Origin: Corallochytrium limacisporum Hawaii
Taxonomy: Eukaryota > Protista > Pluriformea
Assembly: GCA_002811645.1 (NCBI GenBank)
Contig: PDIP01000035.1
Span: 1 to 64,000, forward strand
Direction of reading: 5' to 3'
DNA: 64,000 bases
Position 1 is the first letter of the stretch. Each line of letters starts with the position of its first letter. Position numbers and translations under genes: made by a program. Of the stretch, positions 33,968 to 44,494 are shown one piece after another. The notes below the pieces were generated by a model. The model saw only the letters and a program-made list of their open reading frames with translations, had not been told where the DNA came from and ran no database searches.

Positions 33968-34246
33968 ACTACGTCTGACACGAACTCGTCACCGGCATTC
34001 GTATTGCAGCAACCCGCCCTGGCAACGCTGGGTGTCTGTGCTACTCAAAGTACTGCAATTTCATTCGAAAGTCAGGGAGAACCGCCGTCAGTCCGAGTGG
34101 CTGGCACCAGAGAGGAAGAAAATACAGGGACGAAATTCAGATCAATAATTTAATAGCAGATCAATACATACACTGCAAACTATGGTCTCCAAGACATATC
34201 TCGTGTATATCTGTGGACGATATGGCTTAGCTATGCAAGGGGATCG

Positions 34247-34879
34247 CTACTCTTCGGGACCTTGCCAAGCAGATTCATGCATCCGCCTCAGCGTGATAGA
34301 TGTTCTGGGTGCTCTTCGATGCTCCATCCCGATCTCATCCAGGTCTGCCACCCGGGCGGGAATACCGTGGTACCATTTATACCTTGCATCACTAAACATG
34401 GTCAATAAATCGCCCGAATTGAGATATATGGATTTTTTCTGGCTCGTCTGCGGGTCAGCGGGAGGCCCGTTAGTAATGTCCATCGTGATTCCCGACCCCA
34501 AGGAAACAATCGCAATGCCATCATCGAACTTCGCTAAATCGACATGTGCCGTAAGACCATCTCCTGGGTTATAGTGGTTCACAATGATTTGGTCAAATGC
34601 GGGGGAACGAAAGCGGATGTCATCCGGGAAAACACCTGGTGTACCCATGATCTTATCTCCGAGGGATCCAATCATCTCTGGTAGATCCCCAAACCTCATC
34701 GCCTGGTTGTGCCCGGAAAGGAGTTCCTGATGGCACAGTTGCAAGAGCTGATCATGTTCAGTTTCGGTGAGAAAGGAACGTATAAGAACGAGTCCCGGTA
34801 CGTCATCAAATGGTACTACCCTCGAGCCCCCAAAGAGCTCTCTCTCAAGGCTATCTGTGTCACCGTCAGACTCCGCCAT
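34247..34879 (-). CDS. AlkB-family 2OG-Fe(II) dioxygenase
   Basis: VPGLVLIRSFLT..E, NHYNPGDGLTAHVD, WYHGI, RTSITLR. Confidence 0.9.
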   Translation of the reverse strand: MAESDGDTDSLERELFGGSRVVPFDDVPGLVLIRSFLTETEHDQLLQLCHQELLSGHNQAMRFGDLPEMIGSLGDKIMGTPGVFPDDIRFRSPAFDQIIVNHYNPGDGLTAHVDLAKFDDGIAIVSLGSGITMDITNGPPADPQTSQKKSIYLNSGDLLTMFSDARYKWYHGIPARVADLDEIGMEHRRAPRTSITLRRMHESAWQGPEE

Positions 34880-35240
34880 CTGGTTGATTTCTCTAGTCAG
34901 AAGTCATGTTCATATCACTCATTGCTCTAGGATCCACAGTCATTGTCCACTGTACATCGCAGCTGTTGGCAAGAAAATCTTTTTCATACCATTCATGTAG
35001 CAGTACCTGAAACACCAGTTGACCTGGTGTTCCCCCATGTTCCTTCCCTTCCCCTTTCCTCTGACCAAGTGATCTCTGCAACCTTTCTACCGCACTGGGG
35101 TTCGGACCAGGCGGAGAGTTTTCGGCGAAGCGTCTGCGCCTTCGAAGCTACTTAGGAAAAGCGGGGAGGGGAGTTGTTGTTGGAGGTTGTCCAAGCGGTC
35201 CTTGTAAACACTCAAGAAATAGCACGTCGAGCCGGGCATT

Positions 35241-36161
35241 ATGAACCCTGGATCACCGAAAAAGAGCAGCCCGCTGAGCGCATTTTTGCGCGAGATGCTC
35301 AAGCTCGGTAGTCTTCAGGGGTTCAAGTACTTTACCACATACCTTCGGGGTCGGGAGGAATTGCTTCTTACTGTATTGGATCAGAAGGAAACTGTCTATG
35401 AGAGCTCCGCAAGTTACGCACATTTGGCACTGAGTACCAGGTCCATGAATAACCTCAATTCAGCCACCAAGCCAACTGTTATGCCAGCATCTCCGTCCGA
35501 AAACGAAATGGTGTACCACGAAAATGCCATCACTTTCTTGGTCGCCGCATACGCAAGATACCAGGCACCTTATGTCTGGGTCAGGACCAATCACGAGCGA
35601 CTGCTGTCAAAGTACATACACAACCCAGCGGTGACGGTAGAGACCTTACGGGATCGTCCGCTGAAGCTGCGGTCAACTTTGCAGTGGTCAAACCGTGAGG
35701 TACCTCTGTGGGAAGTTGTCAGCGAGGCTATCGGAGTTGCCTACAGTGTACCTCCGTCAAATCCATTCGCTATAGACTACAAAGTGCTTGAAGACATGGA
35801 GCCTGCCTATCGAATCTTGGCAACCAGTGGCCTGATGGAATTCCTTTTTAAGGTCTACACGGAGGGAAGTGCCAGATACATTGCCAAGGTATGGGAGGAT
35901 CTTGTTGAGTTGCAAAAGGTCCACTATGCTGCAATTGCGGAAGTTGCTGACAAGGGCATTAGCTACCTTGAGAACCCGGTCTTTCAGCCAATGCCCCAGG
36001 AAGCAAGACAGGCTGTTTACTCTCAACCAGCACCGACAGCTGCAAGCTACGGGCAGCAGGCACCACCTCCCATGGGGGGATATCAACAGCAGGCCCCGCC
36101 GCCCATGGGCGCGCCCTCGCCGATGACCGCAGGAGGATACGGTGGCCAACAGCGTTATTAA
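35241..36161 (+). CDS. Hypothetical protein with globular N-domain and P/G/Q/Y-rich tail
   Basis: 306-aa ATG ORF with coding-like composition and a low-complexity C-terminus; no family recognised. Confidence 0.75.
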   Translation: MNPGSPKKSSPLSAFLREMLKLGSLQGFKYFTTYLRGREELLLTVLDQKETVYESSASYAHLALSTRSMNNLNSATKPTVMPASPSENEMVYHENAITFLVAAYARYQAPYVWVRTNHERLLSKYIHNPAVTVETLRDRPLKLRSTLQWSNREVPLWEVVSEAIGVAYSVPPSNPFAIDYKVLEDMEPAYRILATSGLMEFLFKVYTEGSARYIAKVWEDLVELQKVHYAAIAEVADKGISYLENPVFQPMPQEARQAVYSQPAPTAASYGQQAPPPMGGYQQQAPPPMGAPSPMTAGGYGGQQRY

Positions 36162-36215
36162 TGAATTCGCCAGCGCGGTACAAAGAAATAGAGTAAATAG
36201 ATGTCAGTTCTTTAA

Positions 36216-36900
36216 TCATTCCACGCGCAGGAGTCCGAGTTCTATGAGCTTCTTAACCTTGCAGGCGAGAACCACCGGCATATCACTAAGCGTGTGATTG
36301 GTTGATCCTAGCTTGCCAGTCTTGACCTCCAGAAATTCTTTGATTTCGGGATCCATGAGGATTTCTCGAACGTCCCCGTTGGAAAGGATTGCCTGTACAT
36401 CGGCATCTGCTTTCTGGATTGCTTCGTCTAAGGTCCTCTTCTTCAGGTCTGCCTCTCCCCTTTTCTTGCTTTCTGCCAATTGATTTAATCGCTGTCCCAT
36501 TTGACCTGTCATGGCAAAGAAGGCCTTTTGCAAATCTCTACGATGCTCTCACCGCTTCAATGCTGCCTCTGGATTGCTTTGCATATCCGCTAGCATCTGG
36601 TGAAAATCTGGTGTCGCCATGATTCTCATCAGGTCTTCGTCCTCTTCAAGTGACTTTAGGAAGTCGTCGCTAAACAGCTCTGGCTGACCTTCCTTCATAG
36701 CTCGTTGTACTTCATCGATCTGCAGAGAGCTCGTTTGCGCCTGTGGGTTCGCTTTTATGAAGATCTGTGGTTCATCTATGGAAGCGGGCTTTGGTGGCGC
36801 AACAACAGTTGTTGACGTCCGGGCCTTCTCAATCCGTTTGACAGTGGCCGTCATATCCTCCAAAGGAGTCCAAAGGAGGAAGTTCATCGTTGTCTGTCAT
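36216..36900 (-). pseudogene. STI1/HOP-DP-domain protein pseudogene
   Basis: A 10-bp tandem duplication at 36859-36878 breaks MTDNDELPPLEDM; in-frame TGA at 36549-36551. STI1-like motifs MATPDF...MQSNPEAALK, ILMDPEIKEFL, KVKKLIELGLL. Confidence 0.75.
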
Positions 36901-37869
36901 CCTTCAAAGTCTTCACTAGATCCCTTCCTGCAATCCGAACTGTGCCGCTCTCCAGGGCCTACGTAGCAACCATCGCCCTGAGTAGCCCCAACACTTAAGT
37001 AGGTGCCCCGTGCGTGCGCTGTAGGCTTATCACGGTTCGGCGACCTCGGGGTTATAAGCCCAGCTCTGGCTTTTTTTTCGTTTATATTGGGGCGGTCCAA
37101 CTCCTCCCATTTTCAAAGGTCCCCCTTCTTTGCCAGACACCGAACCGAAGCATCGGGGGCCCATGGGTTCCCAACCCCTCCCGGATCTTCGGGCCCGGGG
37201 AAAACCAAATATTGATCCGTTTCCAATTCACTGATTGTTTTGGCCGTTTCCTACGAGAAACCCCTTCCCTCCCGGCCAAACACTCCAATCATCCCCAACC
37301 CCCGGCTTCCCCCACACTCCCCTCGGGCCCCAGGCGAGACCCCGGGCAAAGCTCCGAAAGGCCCCCCCCCCCCTGTCAGCTCATGAGCGGTGTGGGGTCG
37401 TTTTCGCAACTTTCCTTTGTGGTCCCCCACTCCGTCACCCCACTCACACACCTCGCTCACGGGCACGTCGCATTCCACGCACCAGAATATTTTTGATTGC
37501 CCTGGGTGACTGTGCGCCGAGAGGAAGAAAAAAGCTGCTGTGTGCTCTGTTGCTGCTGCCGGAGCCGGTCCCTGCCGTTGGGTACCGCGAAAGGATCTTT
37601 GGCCCAAAGTTATTGAGTATGGTGAGACCACTTCGACAACCAAGTGCTGGACGTACGGGGAAGGGGAGGGACGTGGGTCCGAATCAAGGAAGCTCGGAGA
37701 GGGAAGCAGTCGCACTGAAGCTCGAAGGGGCGCTCAGAAAGGGAAAACTAACGCAAACTGACGAGCTATTTCCAGAGCAACCATGTCATAAAAGCAGAAA
37801 TTGAGTTCTTTTTTTTTCATAGCCAGCATGCTGGACATGTGTGGTCTTTACAATAATTAATAACACTCC

Positions 37870-39429
37870 ATGATTAGAAATTGGTGGACAATTCTTCTGT
37901 CATGGCTCCTTGTGGTCCAGACGGGACCTGCCATGGGTCTGATCTATCATACAACATTGGACCAGAATGACAGCAGCCTTGCACTTCTGTCTTCTTTCGG
38001 GTTTGTATTGGGTGGTCATTTTAATTTAACTGTCGAGTCTGTTGAAATCCTGCCTCCTTTGTCCCCCAAAACGAACCCCAATGACTTGATCGGCTTCCAT
38101 ATCAGGAAATCTGGTCGAGACGAGGGATCGTACGATAGCGCACAAGAACGTAATCGTTGCTATCTGTTGGCACAAAATAATGTGATCCATGAGACTCAAG
38201 CCCCATTGGACTCAATTATTCTTCTGATGGACCCCATTACTGGAAAGTTTTCAGAGCCACAGAAATTCGGACGCCTCAGCAATGTCGACATCATTTTGGG
38301 AGAAGTAGAGCACTCGGCGACCATGAAAATCTCTGACGCGCAGCAGGAAGGTCAGTTTGAGCTCATGTATATCAATTGTGGCAACATGGCTCAATTCGAG
38401 ACTCAAAAGCAGCTCGTCGCACGGGCACACTTCACTACCCTTAACATGATTATCGAAGAGTACAATGTCATCAATGGACACAAGCACTACCTTGGAGTCG
38501 GTGAGCAGTGGCTGCCTACTGCGTTATATCTTGTCTTCTTTGTTCACATCGGATTGGCGTCAGTGTGGATTTGGGTTCTCTACAAGAACTGGAGCACGGG
38601 GAAGGTGTTCAAGATTCATTTTATTATGCTGGCTTGCGTGCTGGCAAAAGCTTTCAGCGTCTTGTTCCACGGGTTGAGATATCAGAGTATGGATCGCTAT
38701 GGTCATGGCAAGGAAGCTGTCGATGTCATGTATTCCATCTTTGCCATCATCAAAGGGACTTTGCTCTTTGGCACCATTCTACTGGTTGGAGCCGGTATGA
38801 GTTTCGTGAAGCCATTCCTGAGCGACCGAGATAAGAAAGTTCTCTACGTCGTGCTGCCGCTGCAGTTGGTCGCCAATATTGCGGCTGTCGTCGTTGCAGA
38901 AGTCTCCCCTGGAACGGCGATATATATCACTTGGGAGCAGATCTTCATTATTTTTGATCTCATTTGCTGTGTCTCCATCATGTTCCCGATCCTGTGGAGT
39001 ATTCGCCATTTGAAGGAAGGTGTTCAGTCCAGCGGTAAGGGTGTGATTAATCTTGTCAAACTGAAATTGTTCCGCCAGTTCTACCTGGCAATATTGGTCT
39101 ATCTGTATTTCACCCGCATTGTAGTGCGCCTGTTGGAATCCACCTTGCCCTACCATTACATCTGGTTGAGTACCTTCGCTGGTGAACTGGCCACCGTGGC
39201 TTTCTTCCTCTTCTGCGGCTCTCGATTCCAGCCACAAGCACAGAATCCATACTTAAAAGTTCCCCAGAATGAAGAAGAAGAGGCTCTGTTTATGCAAGAG
39301 CTGGCACATATCGATCGTGATGCCGCCGAGCTTCGCACTAGCTGGACTGCAGAGGAATTCAGTGCAGAAGATGGGCAAGTGATTGGGCAAAATGGAACAA
39401 CATTGCTTAGCAGGGGCCATGAAGACTAG
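37870..39429 (+). CDS. GPR107/GPR108 (GOST, lung seven-transmembrane receptor) family
   Basis: Signal peptide, FGF..GG, VFKIH..M, VKPFLSDRDKKV...V.PLQ..ANIA, LKLFRQFY, YLYFTRIVV, NPYL. Confidence 0.93.
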   Translation: MIRNWWTILLSWLLVVQTGPAMGLIYHTTLDQNDSSLALLSSFGFVLGGHFNLTVESVEILPPLSPKTNPNDLIGFHIRKSGRDEGSYDSAQERNRCYLLAQNNVIHETQAPLDSIILLMDPITGKFSEPQKFGRLSNVDIILGEVEHSATMKISDAQQEGQFELMYINCGNMAQFETQKQLVARAHFTTLNMIIEEYNVINGHKHYLGVGEQWLPTALYLVFFVHIGLASVWIWVLYKNWSTGKVFKIHFIMLACVLAKAFSVLFHGLRYQSMDRYGHGKEAVDVMYSIFAIIKGTLLFGTILLVGAGMSFVKPFLSDRDKKVLYVVLPLQLVANIAAVVVAEVSPGTAIYITWEQIFIIFDLICCVSIMFPILWSIRHLKEGVQSSGKGVINLVKLKLFRQFYLAILVYLYFTRIVVRLLESTLPYHYIWLSTFAGELATVAFFLFCGSRFQPQAQNPYLKVPQNEEEEALFMQELAHIDRDAAELRTSWTAEEFSAEDGQVIGQNGTTLLSRGHED

Positions 39430-39489
39430 CTGGCCACACACCCCTCTATTAAAAACCTTTTCATGGTCAAAATCTATTGTACAGTGTTC

Positions 39490-39810
39490 TCAACATTTCT
39501 TTTTCGGCATATCCGTCAGCTCTGTCTCTGGTTGGATCTTAACTTCATAAGTCTCCCCTTCGAGATGCTTGCCCTGCAGAACATTCTGACGAAGGAAGAC
39601 TGCAACTTGCTCTGCTTCCTCAATTTTTCCGAGCACTACTTCCTCGCTGGTATCATTTTCCGCGCTCTCCTTGAACCGTCTACGTATTTCAGCGTGTGCT
39701 GCCACCAAGGTTTCACTATCTCCCTTAAAGGTACTCTGACAACTACGCAGCAGAGTCCGGTATGCTGCAAGAGCCCGGGATCGGAGCTGAGGGTTGTGTA
39801 TTCCCGACAT
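39490..39810 (-). CDS. LYRM7: LYR-motif complex III chaperone (Mzm1/LYRM7)
   Basis: ALAAYRTLLR...TFKGD...L.AA..EIR..F, EAEQVA.FLRQNVLQG. Confidence 0.85.
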   Translation of the reverse strand: MSGIHNPQLRSRALAAYRTLLRSCQSTFKGDSETLVAAHAEIRRRFKESAENDTSEEVVLGKIEEAEQVAVFLRQNVLQGKHLEGETYEVKIQPETELTDMPKKKC

Positions 39811-40291
39811 GTTTGCTACTTTTGCGGTATGCAGTGTGAAAGTGAACGGATGGTCGTCTCATGGTCTCACGTGCAACTAATACCAAGCAAGTGCCCCTCG
39901 GATCATGCGTGCTCACTGTTGTCTTCCCATCTCACCATGCTTGTTATCACATTACTAACCCTGTCCCTTATCACTGGTTTCCTCTTTGGTCGCATCAGTG
40001 TAGAACCCGGCCAACAATGAATTTCGTCGCCACATGACCCTCAGCCTCCCCAGCCACCACCACCACCCGCCCGTCGCTTCCGACCCTGCCTCCCTTTTCC
40101 TTATGCCGCACAGAGGAGGCCCGACCACCCCGGTTATGTCATCGCACAGCAACCCGAGCAGGCCGGAGCCCCCCCCTCCTTTTCCTGTTCCGCGGCCTTG
40201 CCCATCTCCTGCACAGAACGGCGGAACAGGTTGGGAGTGGGGGAGGTGGCCCTCCGCCCCGGGTTGGGGGGGGGGGGGTGGGGCTGGATCT

Positions 40292-40442
40292 NNNNNNNNN
40301 NNNNNNNNNNNNNNNNNNNNNNNNNNNNNNNNNNNNNNNNNNNNNNNNNNNNNNNNNNNNNNNNNNNNNNNNNNNNNNNNNNNNNNNNNNNNNNNNNNNN
40401 NNNNNNNNNNNNNNNNNNNNNNNNNNNNNNNNNNNNNNNNNN
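40292..40442. other. Assembly gap (151 N) with duplicated G-rich flanks
   Basis: N run; 40239-40291 is nearly identical to 40444-40495. Confidence 0.95.
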
Positions 40443-40840
40443 GGGGGAGGTGGCCCTCCGCCCCGGGTTGGTGGGGGGGGGGTGGGGCTGGATCTCAGTA
40501 TGCGCTTGGAGCGGCGGATATATAAAGCAAGTGCGCGGATATAGAGATAGGGGAAGGGGAAGAAAATAAATCTTCTGCGGCTGACGCAAGCAATGGGTGC
40601 GGACGACGGGTGGTTTGGTGGTTGTGTGTAAGCAGACTGACGTGAAAACGCCGAGGCACTGGTATTTTACACCAATCGTGGTGAGTAACACTCCTAAAAA
40701 GTGCACATTTGTGTATGTATCCGGACGCTGTCGAAGCAAACAAGTGTAGAGTGTACCTCCAATATGGTTTAATTGAGAAGCACGGAGACTTCTGACGTCG
40801 GTGGCCGGTTTTTACGGGCCTTCTCAAACACGCTTTAAAC

Positions 40841-42589
40841 ATGGCGGGCACTAGCAACGGTGTCGCATCGGCTATACCTCCGACAATTCGGACTGCGATC
40901 GTTGACTCTTCTTATTCACGGTCGACCTTGTCCAGTGATCAGTCCAGGGCGTCCATCGCCAGCGTCGAGGAACTATTGCTCCAGTCAATCTTTATTGTCA
41001 AAGGTCGACCTGTGATTGCAAAGATTACCACGGACGGAGTCAAGTGGTCGTATGGATCTGCAACGTTTAGTAGCGATGAGAAAAAGGGTATGTTTGGTAA
41101 GGGACCGATTGCGAATGTCAAACATCGCATTCGAAAGAAGAAACGACATTCCATTATAATTTTGAATGAGAAGAATGAAGCAGCTGGTACTTTTCTCCGA
41201 TTCGATCATATCCTCGGCGTTGAACGCGGGCTGCAGAGTATTGATATCACGTGCGTTGTAAAGGAGGAAGATGCAACGCATCCGTGGAAGCCCAAAACCT
41301 TCAAGCTGCATTCAAAGGACAACGACTTATTGACCGAGTGGCAAGTGGAGCTGTCAAAGCTCATGAACCAGATCATCGTACGTGATCAGCGACCACAGAA
41401 GCTCTTAGCTATCATCAACCCATATGGCGGAAAGAAGCAAGCACCAGCAATCTTCACTAAGAAAGTAGTGCCGGTTCTACGGATGGCAAACGTCAGTTTT
41501 GATGTTGTTCAGACGGAATATGCTGGGCACTGTCACAAATTGGCCAAAGCACCTAAGATGGAACAGTACGACGGTGCCATACTTGTGGGAGGCGACGGTT
41601 TGTTCAATGAGTTCTTCAATGGATTGTTTGCCCGGAAGGCGGAAGACCCTGGCTTTGACCCGGCCTCCATTCCGATGGGATTGATTGCTGCGGGCAGCAC
41701 AAACACCATGGTGTGGAGTAGCACAGGAATGGACTCCCCTACGATGAGCGCAATCCAAATCGTTCTTGGAGAGCGGCATAATTTGGATTTGGGTAAAGTA
41801 ACCAGTGTCAACACTGGGAAAGTTCTCTGTCATGCTGCCACGTTGATGGGCTATGGATTCTTTGGTGATGTTCTGAAAGGGTCAGAGGAGTATCGATGGA
41901 TGGGACCAGTGCGCTACGGTTTCAGCGGCTTCAAGCGATTCCTTTTCGGGGTGAAGCCGTACCATGCCAGATTGAAGCTCAAAGATCCCCAGTCCATGAC
42001 TATTAAGCAGAAGCAGTGCAAGTACGTATGCAGCGTTTGTAATGAACCTGATGCGCAATTGCTCCGTCCCGGACAGAGCACATCAAAAGAGAAATTGGTT
42101 GAGAGGGTGATTGAAGACGATTTTCTATGCATCAATGCGGTGAATGTCAGCTGCATGTGTCAAGCAGCGCCCACGGGAATGAGCCCCTGGGCTCACCTGA
42201 ACGATGGCTACATCGATCTTATCCTAGTCAAGAATGCCTATCGAATGCAATACTTGAATCACCTTGTGCGCCTCGCCGGCAAGTTCGATCACATGGATAT
42301 GAGCTTTGTGGACGTGTACAAGGTCAAGGAATTCACTGTGCATATGCCAGAGGACAGTGAAAAGAGCGTCTGGAATTGTGACGGAGAGATCATCCACGAG
42401 CCCGATGTCAAGATTGAGTGCATTCACAGTGCAGTTACCATCTTTGCGCGTGGACCTGAGTTCTTCTTTTCCAAACAACAGCAAAATGCCCATCATAGCC
42501 TGGGTCCTGATGACATCCACAGCCAGATTGTACCGTCGCCGGGCAGACCCAGTGATGAGCAAGAACGACGATACAGTGCTGCGGTATAA
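40841..42589 (+). CDS. CERK: Ceramide kinase
   Basis: PH-like N-terminal region, INPYGGKK, GGDG, AAGSTN, GYGFFGDVL..SE.YRWMGP.RY, CxxxCxxC, WNCDGE. Confidence 0.92.
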   Translation: MAGTSNGVASAIPPTIRTAIVDSSYSRSTLSSDQSRASIASVEELLLQSIFIVKGRPVIAKITTDGVKWSYGSATFSSDEKKGMFGKGPIANVKHRIRKKKRHSIIILNEKNEAAGTFLRFDHILGVERGLQSIDITCVVKEEDATHPWKPKTFKLHSKDNDLLTEWQVELSKLMNQIIVRDQRPQKLLAIINPYGGKKQAPAIFTKKVVPVLRMANVSFDVVQTEYAGHCHKLAKAPKMEQYDGAILVGGDGLFNEFFNGLFARKAEDPGFDPASIPMGLIAAGSTNTMVWSSTGMDSPTMSAIQIVLGERHNLDLGKVTSVNTGKVLCHAATLMGYGFFGDVLKGSEEYRWMGPVRYGFSGFKRFLFGVKPYHARLKLKDPQSMTIKQKQCKYVCSVCNEPDAQLLRPGQSTSKEKLVERVIEDDFLCINAVNVSCMCQAAPTGMSPWAHLNDGYIDLILVKNAYRMQYLNHLVRLAGKFDHMDMSFVDVYKVKEFTVHMPEDSEKSVWNCDGEIIHEPDVKIECIHSAVTIFARGPEFFFSKQQQNAHHSLGPDDIHSQIVPSPGRPSDEQERRYSAAV

Positions 42590-42685
42590 GGCCGCGGGAT
42601 AAACACTAGACACGATTAAAACATTTTTGTGTTACAGTAGGGAAACTATATTGCTTGTTCTTCAAGGTTGTTGATGAATTCTTAC

Positions 42686-44494
42686 TTAGTCTTCGTCGGG
42701 TACTTCTTCATAGCCTCCACGATAGCGTTTACCAATTTCCAAATCCTCGTCATAACCAACGTCCGGAGGACCGATGTCATAAGCATCATCATCAGATGGT
42801 GCGCGGGCACCGTTCTGTCGCTGGGCAATGAGATATGTCAGGTGGCGCTTCATGCTGGGCCGAATCTCACCCAGCCGGTCCGGATCCTCGATGAAACAAA
42901 TGAGGAGGGCTTGTAGAGCAGATTTGACCACGGAGGCACACAAGCGGCTGGAGGCCCATCCGATGCCAAACCCGCCAAACGCAACGGCAGCACGGATGGA
43001 GTGGGATGTGCCATAACCGTAGGCCAACACTGCCGTACCAGCGGTCAGCAAACCTCCGAGGATACATCCTGCCTGCAAGACAGTGCCAGAGACATCTTCC
43101 GTAATCACTACGGCTAAGCCATTGCCGGACTTGATGAGTGTCCACACATCCCGACCCGCAGTCCAGTATGGTTTCCCGTAGATGGCTACATGGACGTACG
43201 CATAAGCATTGGCTGACTCTGCAACACTCTGTACTGCACGTAGCAGATACTCAATGGTAGAAATGGCCGGGCGGGTGTACTGTCCACCGTGCTCTGCCAC
43301 TTTCTTCGCCACGCGCAGGACAGCCTGGGCCAGACGCAGGCTCGCTACCAGCAACCCTCCCAATGCGACGGATCCCAATTGGTAGGACACAGCGCGACGG
43401 AACGAGTCCCAAGCCGGCTTGGCATCCCGTCCATAGTAGCCCTCACGGGCAGGACTACGGCCACGACCGTGACTGAAGTACCAGCGCCCAACAGTACCAG
43501 CCACAGTGCAGTGCACAATGCCATGGGTCACCTCAGCGGTCCAGTACAGAGAGAAGGCCAGGAAGATAAGCAAAAACACGTTGCCACCACTGCTTCCCAT
43601 GTACGATCCGGTGGAGCCCAAAACATATGATACAGATGCCCAGGTCAGTGCTCTGTTAGCTGCCAAAGCCCAGAAAAGGGCCCAGACTGTGTGCAGTACA
43701 GTAATGCCAAAGGCAGTGGCAATGAGCAGCGGATTGTCGCTGATAAACTCCGCAGCATAGCCCAGGAGCTTGGCAGCCATCTCAATCCTGCGCTTGAGGA
43801 ACGCAAACGCTATCCCATTGAGCAGCGCATAGGCCAAGGCCAGCGTCCCTGCCCAGTAGCTACGGTAGCTGAAGAAGATCAGGCATGCCACTGCAGCGAA
43901 TAGAGTGGACAGGCCCATCTGGGCTGTGATAAGGCGGTCAGCATATCTCCGAATGCTCTCTAACCACAGCATAGCCCAGGCGCTGCTAATCAAGCAAGAC
44001 CATAACAATGCATGACCAGCCCTAATCTTATCCTGGAACTGCAATGCCTGGGATGCATGGTTTTCTGGAATTTGTTCAGGGTCATCGATCTTTCGGTTGA
44101 CGGGAAATTCCAATAGACCACTGATTAGGATCGCAAAAACTACAAAAATATGCAATACAAACAGAAATGCAAATGCACTGTCCTGCAAGTCCTTAATGCT
44201 CTTAGGCCAGCTGAATCCGTTGACCATCTTCGGCCCTCCACCTTGTCGAGATGACTGTCCGAGGTGGCTGGAGGTTGGAGGAGGTGGACTCTTTGTTTCT
44301 CGATCTGTTCCGAGCAAAGACTCTGTAGGCAATGCAAAATCGTCTTCATTCCCTGTCTCATCCAGTCCAATACCGCCCAGTGCAAAATCGTCATCTTCAC
44401 CGTAGCTTCCCTGAAAGCTACCGAGGCCGGGAGGCGGAGGCTCGTCATCGTCCGGCATGCCCGTGAAGGCAGCCGTGTTAAACAAGCCCGACAT
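42686..44494 (-). CDS. Choline transporter-like (CTL/SLC44/Pns1) protein
   Basis: Multi-TM; FSLYWT.EV..GIVH.TVAG....WYF, LGSVALG.L, AYAYVHVAIYGKPY..AG. Confidence 0.9.
   Translation of the reverse strand: MSGLFNTAAFTGMPDDDEPPPPGLGSFQGSYGEDDDFALGGIGLDETGNEDDFALPTESLLGTDRETKSPPPPTSSHLGQSSRQGGGPKMVNGFSWPKSIKDLQDSAFAFLFVLHIFVVFAILISGLLEFPVNRKIDDPEQIPENHASQALQFQDKIRAGHALLWSCLISSAWAMLWLESIRRYADRLITAQMGLSTLFAAVACLIFFSYRSYWAGTLALAYALLNGIAFAFLKRRIEMAAKLLGYAAEFISDNPLLIATAFGITVLHTVWALFWALAANRALTWASVSYVLGSTGSYMGSSGGNVFLLIFLAFSLYWTAEVTHGIVHCTVAGTVGRWYFSHGRGRSPAREGYYGRDAKPAWDSFRRAVSYQLGSVALGGLLVASLRLAQAVLRVAKKVAEHGGQYTRPAISTIEYLLRAVQSVAESANAYAYVHVAIYGKPYWTAGRDVWTLIKSGNGLAVVITEDVSGTVLQAGCILGGLLTAGTAVLAYGYGTSHSIRAAVAFGGFGIGWASSRLCASVVKSALQALLICFIEDPDRLGEIRPSMKRHLTYLIAQRQNGARAPSDDDAYDIGPPDVGYDEDLEIGKRYRGGYEEVPDED

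Noticed and set aside
36549-36551. Selenocysteine or TGA reassignment
   Set aside because: The gene has a second lesion, no SECIS was seen, and intact genes here (CMPK1, HSD17B8, OSCP1) use TGA as a normal stop.
37617-37821. Possible 5'UTR intron of the GPR107-like gene
   Set aside because: Good acceptor and branch-like motifs but only weak, ambiguous donors; not supportable without transcripts.
40239-40495. Direct repeat flanking the N gap
   Set aside because: Most likely an unmerged contig overlap at a poly-G tract.
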